Made by a program: the position numbers and the translations under genes. From contig NW_003314278.1 in NCBI RefSeq assembly GCF_000143415.4, positions 1,028,272 to 1,092,271 on the forward strand: DNA of 64,000 bases, given 5' to 3'. Below the pieces are notes generated by a model, which worked only from the letters and a program-made list of their open reading frames with translations, was not told the DNA's origin and made no database searches. This document shows positions 25,015 to 36,172 of this stretch, one piece after another. The DNA is from Selaginella moellendorffii (lineage: Eukaryota; Plantae; Lycopodiophyta). The stretch's first letter is position 1; each line of letters opens with the position of its first letter.

Positions 25015-28000
25015 ATGGCCTTCAGGGTTGGGGAAAAGGTTTACATTTTGAATGGTGGGAAGAGAGTTGCAAAAGGGACCCTTGTGTCTATGGATCGGAA
25101 CTTTGTTGTACACTGTCAAAGGCTTGGGGAAGGCAATGCTGCTGTATCAGTAGAGACTGTCTTCGATGGGAATGTGGTCGCTATTGAACGAGGAGAGATG
25201 GTCGTCGGGGTAAATGTTGTTGTTGCCTTGAAAAATCTTCAGAAGAAAGCAGATGTTGGGGACAGCGCAAGTGCGACGCATGTTCCCTCCGTGGATCTTA
25301 AGAACCGTGCTACATGGATTCAGGAAAAAGTGTTTCTAAACAACCCCGAGGGGGAGGTGGTAGCTGAGGGCTTAGCCACAGTTGTCGATCCAAGAGATGC
25401 GGTTGCTAATCAAGAATTGGGCTGGGATGATATTGGAGTTGCGATTTTAGAGGTTGTTGACACAGAAGAAAACAGTCTGACTATTAGAAGCATTGTGCGG
25501 TGGAAATTGAGGCACTTAGTGTTTGAGAATGTGAAGGATTCACAATCAAACACCACTACAACTGATGACAGAACATCTCTTCATGGGAAAAGAAAGTACA
25601 CCTTCCTAAAGCGCAGCTAAAGGGATCTGAGCAACGAACCGAAAAGGCAGAAAATGGCGATGGAGGTTCGAATGGTCTCGACAGTTGCTTGTTGCAAGAG
25701 GAGGTGCTGTCAACATGCTGATTGGGATGCTATTGAAGAGGAGAGAGCAAGATACAAGACATTGTCCTGGAAGGCAGCTCGCAATTTTGTGTATGAGGCA
25801 TTACGGTCATCTGTTGATGCTTCAGAACATCAGGTGGGGGGCATGGTCTTCCAGAGGGGTTTGGTCTGCATGAAGGCATGGAGAATCATTTATGGAGTCC
25901 CTCGAACCACATTCTACAGAATCAAAACTGAGTTCGAGGAACAAAGGGTTCAACAGGCAGTCCATGGGAACGACGGTACGCACAAAACCAGGGGTCATGT
26001 TGTATATGGAGAGGCAATCTTCAAGAGGTTTGTCGAGACATGTAGCGAGCAGCAACCACATAAAACCCGCCTCTTGGAAGATGGAACACGAGACACCCAA
26101 CGAGTTCTCCCTTCCATGTATACCAAGGGGGCCATATTGGAAGATGTGAATCGGGAACTCCAGAGTAATGGCTACAGGAAGCTGAGCCAATCTAGATTTA
26201 GTAGATTGTGGAGCAACAGGTTCAGGGATGTGAGTATAGGAAAGTACTCCAGCTTTTCAAAGTGTGACGAGTGCACTGCTATCAAAATGGCTTTGTCGAA
26301 GAATTCTTGCAGCGCTCAAGAGCGAGAGACGTTGGTTAGAAGGCGGCTCGACCACAACATCGAGCAGAGAAGCTGCAGGACTGCATATTATCATAACAGG
26401 ATTCTCTCCATGGAGAGACCTGACTCTTACCTCTGCATCATCCACGACAAAATGGACCAGAAAAAGACGTGCTTACCTCGACTCAATCCTGGCCCCAAGG
26501 CAATCTCTTCATCCATGCAGCTGCCTGTGTCTCTGTTTGGCATAATCGCTCATGGGCATGGTGCCCAGAACTATGGGAACTTCTTTGTACCTCTATGGGG
26601 TGGCGGGGGTGCAAACATGATGATTGCGTCCCTAGCAAAACACTTAAGGTCTCTGCAAAGTGCGCAGACTGAGCTGAACGGCCAACCCTTGCATAAGGCC
26701 CTTGTCGATCGAACCCCATACAGGGTTCAGCTGGAGGAGGAGCAAAGGCTTGCAGTATCGCGTGGGGCCCCATGCCATCCCAGTGAATATGTTGGCCGTC
26801 AGATTGTAGGGTTATCACGTGAGGCCTCATGCCATTCCGACGAGGCTGGTCGCCCGGTGAATGCACAGCCTCATCCAAACGAAGCAGAATCTCAAGGAAG
26901 TTCTTGCGGCCGATGTGGCCTTCCACCCCATCTTCTGCTCCAAATAGACAATGCTGGCAGTGAGAACAAAAACATGTACGTCTTCGCGTACTTGGCAATG
27001 CTTGTTGCCAAAGGCATATTTGAAACGGTTACACTTGGCTTTCTCATGGTTGGGCACACTCATGAAGACGTCGATGCCATGTTCAGTCACCTGGCAGAGT
27101 CCCTCCGGCGATCCAATGTCCTCACCCTCCCACAACTCTACGATGAATTCCAAAATTGCATCAAAGGTACTGTTGAAGCTGCACTTCTGACAGAGGTTCC
27201 AGACTTTAAGGGGTTTGTAAGAGGCTACATCAGGGACGGATCCGAAACGCTGATTGGCCACTCCAAGCCTCTTCAGTTTCATTTCAGCATGTGTGACGGT
27301 GCTCCAGTGATGAGGTACAAGATGAGAGAATGGGACACAGTGTGGCTGCCAGTGGATGGCATTGAACTCTTCAAGAGAGATCCCATAACTGGGGAACCTA
27401 TGATTCCTCAGGGTTCCCCACGGCCGATGCACCCGGATGGACTCAAAGACCAAGAAAGTATAGTGGCCGGGATTAGACAGCATATTGCCTTCTGGAAGAG
27501 GGGGTTGGTGTTTGGTGGAGAATCCTATTTTCAGAGGTGCAAGCCTTTGCTCGAATACTGGGAGAAGATTATATCTGCTATCCAAAATGGGCCGGTTGTA
27601 TATGAAGAATTGGAAGAGTCCTTTTGGCCAGAACCCAGAGCACCAGATAGTAGCGGAACAATGTCCTCTGGAAATGCAGTGACAGATAACGATGTTGAGG
27701 ATCACTATTGTGGGCCGAGGAACAAGAAGCCGGATTCAGCATTCAATCCAGTACAGGTCTGCAAAGGAACAGTCTGCTTGTCAGACCCAGTAATAAAAAA
27801 CAAATGATATGGGTGGGGCGCTGCATCACTGATGCAGAGGAGGACGCGAAAACTAACTCCTTCAATGTAACTGTGGAGTGGTTCAAGCCAAGTTCCGGAT
27901 ATACGAACAATTGCCTAGAAAAGAGATGGGTGCTGAATCCAAGGGATCCCAGCATGAGCATATCGGTGGATAATGTTGTGCATGGTTGGATGCGGAAGCA

Positions 28001-28082
28001 GAGTGCCACCATCACCTTGCCAGACCATGCAAGAGATGCAGCAAGAGCATTCATAACCCGGGTTCAAGGTGAGATTCATTAA
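25015..28082 (+). pseudogene. Sola-like DDD transposase with N-terminal Tnp1/En-Spm-like repeats (in-frame stop at 25618-25620, frameshift at ~27757)
   Basis: FSKCDEC...H, YLCIIHDKMD, LLLQIDNAGSENKN, GFLMVGHTHEDVDAMFS. ORFs 25015 and 25654 are in the same frame. The C-terminus continues in ORF 27708..28082 (LLVRP...IWVGRC). Confidence 0.85.
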
Positions 28083-28766
28083 TATTCCTTTACTAAGTTT
28101 CTAATGTATTTTATTTCAAGGTGAACAATCCGAATCTGAATCAGAGGAGGCGTGATGGCATGTGGCCTTACGCCATTCCTAGGTGAGATGATACAAATAA
28201 CAAGTATAAATTCTTAGTTGTTCTAGCAAATCTTACTTAAATGTCAAGGTGAACAACCGGAATATGAATTCATCGGATTGTTATAACAAATTGCGAGGTG
28301 ATGGCATGAGGCGATACGCCATTTGAGAGTGGTAGACTTACCTATATGAGGTGAGTGAAGTATTTATTAGAAATACCTCATTCAATTGTGCACTTCTAAG
28401 TCTTTGCCCACTTAGTACTGTTTGCATGTTTTTATTTTAATTCTTTCTCTAAAATGTTATTTAGCATGTGGCTTCATGCCATTGCTCTCCACAATCATGC
28501 ATTGAATTTCTATCCTTGCATAATACTTCTCCATATATATAGCATGTGCGCACATGTGATATGGTTCATTAGGCCTGATATAGTTCGTGAGGTAAAAACT
28601 TGACAATGAGATTTATTATACAACTAGATGGACTCAGTCTGGACATAAGGTCACCGCGCTAGTCACCATGCCCCAGATATGTCTAGCCCCTGGACAAAAA
28701 ACATATAATTTCACGTCATTTTCAAATACTTGAAAATTTGTACCTAGTCCCATTTTACTGAATAAA

Positions 28767-28788
28767 TCCCACTTTAACGAAATAGAGC
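28767..28788 (-). repeat. right terminal inverted repeat
   Basis: tcccactttaacgaaatagagc. Confidence 0.95.
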
Positions 28789-31177
28789 ATAACTGCAAAT
28801 CAAGTCACGAAAAATACTTAGCCTTTAAGAGTTGGTCAAACAAGTCATCAACACGAGGCAAAGGATAACTATTCTTGACTGTGATCTTGTTGAGTGCCCG
28901 ATAGTCGATACACATCCTCATGGTTCCATCCTTTTTTATAACAAAAATGACGGATGCTCCATAAGGTGATTTGTTTAGTCGGATATGACCTTTGTCAAGA
29001 AGCTCCGTGAGTTGCTTTTTGAGTTCAGCCATCTTCTTGATGTTCAACCAATATGGAGCTTTCGTAGGTGGTTTAGAACCCGGAATAACCTCAATCCGAT
29101 AATCAACCTCACGGCTAGGAGGTAGCCCTGGTGGCAAATCCTTCAGGAAGATATCCTGATTCCTCGCCAACAACTCCAATATCTTTTTTGGTATAGGATC
29201 AACCTCATCATTGATTCGAATTGAGTCACCAACACCCTCAGCTTCTATCACTTAAACCCAAAAGGTCCGACATCCCCTCTTAGCTGTTTTTTGAGCGGCC
29301 CTCACAGTCAGGAATTTTGCATCCCAATCCTTTGAGGAACGCTTTTGCAACTAGAAGGACACATCAGGACATCCTTCGGACTTCAACGTGATACGACTTT
29401 GTCCAACACCATAAATCCCTTTTATATATTTGTTAAAGAAGTCCATACCAAACACCATCTGAAAATCTAGAATCTTCAACACTACCAAGTCCACTCTTTC
29501 TTTCCACTTGGATATTTTTATTGGAACATCACTCACAAACTTTCTAGCTACTTGCCCACCTTCCGCAAACTAAAAGTGCATAGGTGACATTTGCTCAGCA
29601 TTCAATCCTAATAACTTAACTAAGTCTTCGAATATCATGCTATGCATAGCTCCCGTGTCAATCATCACTTAGATTCAGTGTCCACGGACAAAGCCTACCA
29701 AATACATCAACGGATCAGTGTTTGCATTGATTGCAAGAAAAGCTTGAGGAAAGCAATGAAAGTTACTCACCTCCTCTTCCTCATAGTCTGCATTGACCAA
29801 CTCGTCAACCCCTTTAGCTTCACCACCACCGTCTTCCCTCATGACATTAACCCGAGACCTTGTTTTATGCTTGTTGGGACATTCCGAGGACCTATGTCCC
29901 GACTCTCCACAATGGAAGCAATGACCCACACTACCCGTTCCGCTAGGAGCATATTTTGCAGATTGCTGCTGCTTGTACCCACTAGGAGGAGGAACAGAGG
30001 GCCTAGGACCAGAAGAAGTTGTTGATGGTCTCCAACTACCACCACCTTTGTTAACCATTTCTTATGAGCCTCCAGAGCAGAACCTGCTTTCCACCCTCTG
30101 TTTCCGATCACCTTGTTTATTCCCAGAATTTTTATTCTTATCCAAGTTACCAGTATACGATTACTGATATTGTTCCATGAGTGAGTGACTAAAGGCAACT
30201 TGCTACACTGCCTCCTTACACTCCAAGTACGTCTTCAGCTTAAACTTCAAAATCTCATTACAAGAAAGTGAACTTAAACCCTTCAGGAAATAACTCCGAA
30301 CATCTTCGTCACTCATATTTGCAATCATAATGCACTTCTGAGCAAGCATTAATGTAATGTATGAGATCCCCTCGCTGCTTTAACCGCTGCAGCTCCGCGC
30401 GAAGTCTTAGACCAAGATCATCCAGCAAGTATTCCTTACGGATACAAAACCACATCTTAGTCCAACTTCTAGTCTGCCCTTTTTCAGCACACACTTGGTG
30501 CCACCAAGTTTTGGCATGATTGGTGAGAAAGGATTGCGCGCACACAACTTTGTACAATCATCTACGTCTGCCGCTATGAAATATTTTTCCATATCGTAGA
30601 CCCAGTCTTCCAAAACTTGATAGTGCCGCATGCTTTTGAAGATGGGTGGTTTCAGAGGCTTGAACTTTGAAACTCATACAACCGGGGGCGACTGCAAAAC
30701 TTTATCATCCTTAGAACTTGAGGAGGAGTTCGGTTGCTTAGGCTTAACTGATTTAGCTGTCTCAGCTTCTTTCTTCCTCTTCTTGTTCTCCTTCTTCAAT
30801 TTGTGAATTTCCCTTCGCAAATTCTTGATGTCGACTTCCTGAGCCGTACGCTGCAATGCCACAGCATTTAGCTCTTCCTCTTCTGACTTGGCCTCAACCT
30901 CTTCCACAGCATCTCTAGTAGGAGTTTCTTCCTCTTGATTCGCCCGTCTAGAGGTTTCAGCATCATCAGCACAGTTCCTCTTCACCATCCTACTAGCTGC
31001 ACGCATGCCTCTATTAGTAACTGAACATGCATACAACGTTCTTACCAAATGGTGCAATCCAATTAATCCTACACAGGTCGCTTCAGATCTACTAGAAAAG
31101 TCTGCATATGCAACTTGAGTCAGAAAATCCGACAGAAGTTGAATAGGAATCGCTGAGACAATTCCTCTAATACCAAA

Positions 31178-32084
31178 TGTAGTGCACTTGAATTTGGAGC
31201 CGAACTCCAAGCCTGTTGCACTACGAATGAGGGTCCGGTACAATCCCACAAGCACCAGCTCCCCGTATCTAGCACCTACACGCAAAATGGTGTCAGATAG
31301 AGTCTGCCACAATTTTGGTATACCAATGGCCTAACGCGAGGAGGAGGGTACTCCACTGACTAGAGCAGCGTAGAGCTTGGGCTTAGACCCAAGCCGGACG
31401 CAGAACAAGGAGCGACACAGCCCAGTAGGAGCCAAACTAATATCTCAGGTGGTCGGACATGCATTCCAACCACTATCCTTACTATACATTTGGAACCCCC
31501 CCCCCTTCCCCTTGAGGAACACACACTTTGGACTTTCACCCCAAGCCTCCCTTAGTACTAGGAGTTAGTCTCTGGGACAAACTTGAAACTTACTAAATAT
31601 GGAATTGCAAATTTGGACACGGGACGAACACCATTGTGTTTAGGCTGATCTCTACATTCCGTAGATATGCCAAATGAGCTAATCTAGACACTTTCCATAA
31701 ATAGCATTTGGGACCGAAATGAGACCAACACAAAAGGCGTGATAGCGAGGGTGTTTAGCAGACACGGTAAGCTATCATTTAGTGAATATTGAAGAACTAG
31801 TCTCAATATCACAGGGGTTCCCAACACTAGCAAGTGCAAGTCAGCATCATGAGTTTCTCGTCACTATGTCAAGTATGCTTGACTTGATGACAACATAGGA
31901 TTTCCTTCTTTACTGCCCTTCCGGTCTAAGTGCACTTGTGCTAACCAGTTTCTCAACTAGCTTGGGTGGAGACCATAATGGGAACTAGCAATATCAACCT
32001 CCTGCCGTCGTGGCAGTAAGAAGAGAGTGTCCATAAGGACTAGTCGACAAGTATATTTCAATACCCGAAGTCACATTCGCGACA
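31178..32084 (-). repeat. 5' LTR of the chromovirus
   Basis: Bounded by tgtagtgc... and ...cattcgcgaca, with the PBS at 31165-31175. Confidence 0.85.
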
Positions 32085-32099
32085 ATCTAGTACACCAAA

Positions 32100-32700
32100 T
32101 CCCTTATTTGAGATTGGTTTGTAATTTGAGGCTCCTTAAATGACTAGTTTTCTTGTTTATAAAAAGTTGTCTTTTTGTCTGACTTCATCATATCTACCAT
32201 GTCATATTATTTTATAAGATCTTAGTAGGCAATCATGACTTTTTTCAAATCATCAAAATCTGCATAAACTCTATTTATCTTATGTTCATAATAAATTTTC
32301 TTGAGGCTTTATATGTATATGCATAGACGCATTTTGTCTAACACTAATACTTATAATGCTTGTTAAATCAAGTTGTATATTCCTTGATTGTCTCAAATTT
32401 TCCTTAATGAAGTTTTTGCAACTCATCATAGTTTTCTCCTGGGTTTGTTTCCATGGAAAAAGCTTTTAGGAAAAACTTTGTTTGCTCATTAAATGTGCCA
32501 AGATTTTTAACATCATTATCATAGTACTAGTCTTTGACTTTTTTTTAAATGTATAGAAGAAAAAATTCTTTTTTTTCTTATTTGCTTGATTTAACTTAAT
32601 TGCTTCTATGTATTGCTTAATATGTAGTTGTGGGTCATCTCCTTTAATTTCAGAAAAGAATGGATATGTAATGATGCTGCCTATTGTTGTTCCTACAATT
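32100..32700 (-). pseudogene. highly degenerate retrotransposon gag-like remnant
   Basis: The minus-strand translation has gag-like segments (GDDPQLHIKQY..., KFETIKEYTT) with many stops. Confidence 0.4.
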
Positions 32701-32707
32701 GCTATTT

Positions 32708-35700
32708 ATAGCGCATGTGGTTTTTACCCTTTATCCTATAGAGATTTACCATAGGATAACACCACGAAGCACAAGAAAAGTCATCTATGATCGATATATT
32801 CCAACTCAAATCCAACAAGCATTCAAACATTCTAATATCAATCACTAACTCCTCCGCTTGTAGAGTTAGCATGGTTCACGACTAAATCACTTTTCAAGGA
32901 AAAGTTCAAAGCTCAACCTTTACTAAATCATCTTGTCTAGAACATAACTAACTCAAACTTGCCACTCAGTTCGTTTGAATGTCGACACAACTGTTAACTA
33001 GCAAATGCACAAATTCCAATAACACAAAGCCATAGCCAAATCATCAACACTATCTTCATTGAGACTAATGAAACTCGATATCAATCTTTTGAAGAGACAT
33101 TTCATTTCACTCAAATCTCAACATCAACAATGTCAACGACAAGGCATCATTTCAATGCCATCAACACCACAACAAAGCTAGAAGAAAACACGAGTGAATC
33201 ACCACCCAAAACTCTCTAGCAACTAAGTTAACCAAAGTCAAAGATACTATACTAAATATTCGAGACCAATCGTTTAGCAAAACTCAATTATAGATAACAC
33301 TTCCTCAAGGAGTGAATCATCACATCCAAGACTCCATAAAATCCAACACTACAAACTATATGTATCCAAATGATATCGATAGAGATAGAGTTGACATGCC
33401 AACATGGAAAACCCATGTAAATTTAATGACATGATCCTCTACAACACCATCCGGTAAAGCAAGTCTATCACTGCTAAATCATCATTGAGTGAAGCAAGTG
33501 TTATAGTCCTTGATGGAGTCTACAAGCAAACACTAATCGCAAAGCAACTAACAATCATTCTTCAACTTGTCTTCACAAGACCTAACACTAAACTCATATC
33601 ATCGAGTCATACACTTGTTCAACATGAATGTAATACCCCAGGTCATGATAAAGGTTCATGGACAAGCACGAACTAAATGACCACTCGAATCCAACTCAAC
33701 TGTGATATGCTCACCAACACATTTAGTCAATAACTCTAAACATGCCTTGAAGAGGCTAGCTATGCATGATCAACACTCAGTCGAAACTAAAGTGATCATA
33801 AGATGGACTCATATCAGTACACAACCTCCTCATAGACAAAGCTATAATACAGGTATTAATATCTCAAACTCAAACAACTAAATTGGACATCACTATCCTC
33901 AGCTAAAGGCGCATGGCTACCAAAACTAAGTCAAGATCAATGAAAGCTCATTACTCTCATAGAGTCTACCAAAATGCAAGGTGCAACTTGCCACCAAGCA
34001 CAATGCTATAAAAGAAAAGCACAAATGTCACCCTTCTTAGAAAAGTGCAATGGCCACTTTTCTACACCAACTCCAGACTTTACCCAACTCAATTGCCTTA
34101 GTTAGCATCCCTTTCGGGTCGCATCATACAAATTACCTATTGAGGTCTAAGCCAACCTAAGTTAACTCTAACCTCTTCACTAGTTTGTATTGGCTTGCGA
34201 AAACAGAATGGTTTTTGAACAAAGTGATTAACAGATCAGCTATTGGAAAAGTTTAAGAAAATTTATGGAAAATTTCCATCCTAAAGAAAGAATGACTCTC
34301 AGTCTAGGAATACAAACTTTCAAGACTCAACCAACTTCCTCCTACTAACAACTTCACATAGATTCACTTCAACACCAATTCTCATAACCCATAGTATGTT
34401 TAAGCATCGAACATCTTTTGCCCATACTTCTGATATCCAACACTGACATCTGCAAAGTGCAAAATGAATATCCAAAGCTTGATCACGAAAACCACATCTT
34501 TGGATATCCACATTGCACTAACACTCTTCTTCAATCACCTTCAAGATCCAATGTGAAGCCAAAACACTAATAAGAAAAATGACATGGAAAATCAAGCTCT
34601 AAGGAAAATTCCTCATCACTCAAACAATAACATTCAGTCCAATCCAAGAAAAGTTTATGAGAGAGCATGGCAATGAATACTTGAATCAATAGATTCATCC
34701 CTATAATCTTGATTGATCCACTTGTAATCATGCCTAAGAAGGATCCACTAGTGTCATGCTAAACAGCTATCGACCAGTTTATTTGCCACTCATAGCAAAC
34801 CTAGGGAAGGTTTACTTTCACCCACGGTACATGAAACAACTCATGGAACCACCGATAGGCTAACATTAATCCTGCCAACTCAAAGTGTAACCTTGAGTTG
34901 CTAATGTGCCTCACTCACGAGCCAAAGTGCAAACTCATGCAAACGGAATAACTCACTCCCTCTTATGAGCCCAAGAGCAAGCTCACATTATTACGGTACA
35001 AAAAGGTAACCGAATCCATACCCAAGGAACGATTGCGAAGTCTTTGCACCCAAACGTGTACTCACTCGGATCATTGTTTTTATCTCTACGTATGCAACTT
35101 TGCCCAATCTCATTGGATAATACTCACTGAGACGTATTCTCTAATACCAAATGTAGCACACGTGGCTTTTACCCTTTATCCTATAGTGATTTACCATAGG
35201 ATAACACTACGAAGTGGAACCTAAACCCTCTTTATGCCACGTGACACATGTCACGTGTCATATGCCATGTGTCCAAAGACAGTGGTGCGGAACCCGAGGT
35301 TCAGGGCTTTGGGCCACTGAACAAAGGAACAGTGCTAAACTCCCAAACGTAAAGCCAAGAAGCATTAGCACTAGAGCACAGGACGACTTCTGAGCATATA
35401 GCCCAAGGAGCGAAAGGACAAGAGACCGGAGTGACTTAGAACAGTCCTAGAGTAACTAGCATCCCAATGCCAAGACCAACATGCAAAACAGAGCCAAATG
35501 GAGTTTGGCGCTATTTCGGCATACCAGTGGCCTAACACAAGGACATGGGTACTCCACCAGCTAGCATGGAATGGAACTTGGGCTTAAACCCAAGCTGGAT
35601 GCAGAACAAGGACAGACAACTAGACTATGCCTCAGGTTGGTCAGCCATGCCTAACTTACCCACTATCCCTACTATACATTTGGAACCCCCCACAGCCCCC

Positions 35701-36172
35701 CCCCCCTGACCTTGAAGAACACATGCATTGGGCTTTCACCCCACACCTCCATTAGTATCAGGAGTTAGTCTCTGGGGCAAACTTGAAATTTACTAAATAT
35801 AGAATGGTGTTAGATTGCGAATTTGGACATAGGATGAACACTATTGTGTTCAGGCCAATCTCTACATTCTGTAGCAATATTGAAGGACTAGTCTCAATAT
35901 GTGAGGGTTTTTGTCAAGCCAGTGCAAGACAGAGCAAAAGAAAACTAAAAAGTCAGGCCAAGTATGCTTGGTTGAATAGACACTTAGGAATTCCATCCTT
36001 ATGCTCATCTAGCTAAGTACAGATGCAAAGTCTAGTTTACTAACACTTGAACAAGAGGGGCTAATAAAGGGTCTAGCAATACCGACTTTCTGCAATTGTG
36101 GTAGTAAGGAAAGAGTGTTTGTAAGGACTGGCCGACAGGTAACTTTCGATACCCGAAGTCATATTCGCAATA
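32708..36172 (-). mobile_element. non-coding or degenerate LTR element with an LTR related to the chromovirus LTR family
   Basis: LTR 35152-~36172 preceded by PBS ctctaatacca and homologous to 31320-32084 over its right two-thirds. 32708-32769 repeats the LTR start. No recognisable ORF internally. Confidence 0.65.

Larger units (their letters stand above)
16103..28561. repeat. dispersed family of about 25 22-bp palindromes ATGGCRTG-WGGCCW-CAYGCCAT inside the DNA transposon
   Basis: Copies start at ~16369, 17446, 17521, 18763, 18954, 19095, 20567, 21844, 21904, 21981, 22760, 22895, 23054, 23133, 23990, 24062, 24098, 24743, 24841, 24911, 26757, 26814, 28155, 28301, 28461 and 28540. Some are degenerate. 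Confidence 0.93.
16006..28790. mobile_element. ~12.8-kb TIR DNA transposon (Sola-like DDD transposase) with a ParB-like/MTase-like/FCP1-like cargo gene
   Basis: Perfect 22-bp TIR gctctatttcgttaaagtggga (16009-16030) and its reverse complement (28767-28788). Flanked by AAC at 16003-16005 and 28791-28793. Removing it restores the RT frame: KYFS*LDLQ|FKYHQIRV. Confidence 0.93.
12165..32084 (-). mobile_element. Ty3/gypsy chromovirus LTR retrotransposon, degenerate, interrupted in RT by a 12.8-kb DNA transposon
   Basis: 5' LTR 31178-32084 with a Met-type PBS (ctctaatacca, 31165-31175). Gag CFHCGESGHRSSEC (29675..30058), RT split between 28805..29251 and 14775..15917, integrase (14307..14591), chromodomain (13499..13915), PPT at 12889-12901 and 3' LTR to 12888. 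Confidence 0.92.

Noticed and set aside
16369-28561. CRISPR array interpretation of the palindromic repeats
   Set aside because: Spacing is irregular (tens of bp to kb), copies lie in introns and exons, there are no cas genes, and the context is eukaryotic.
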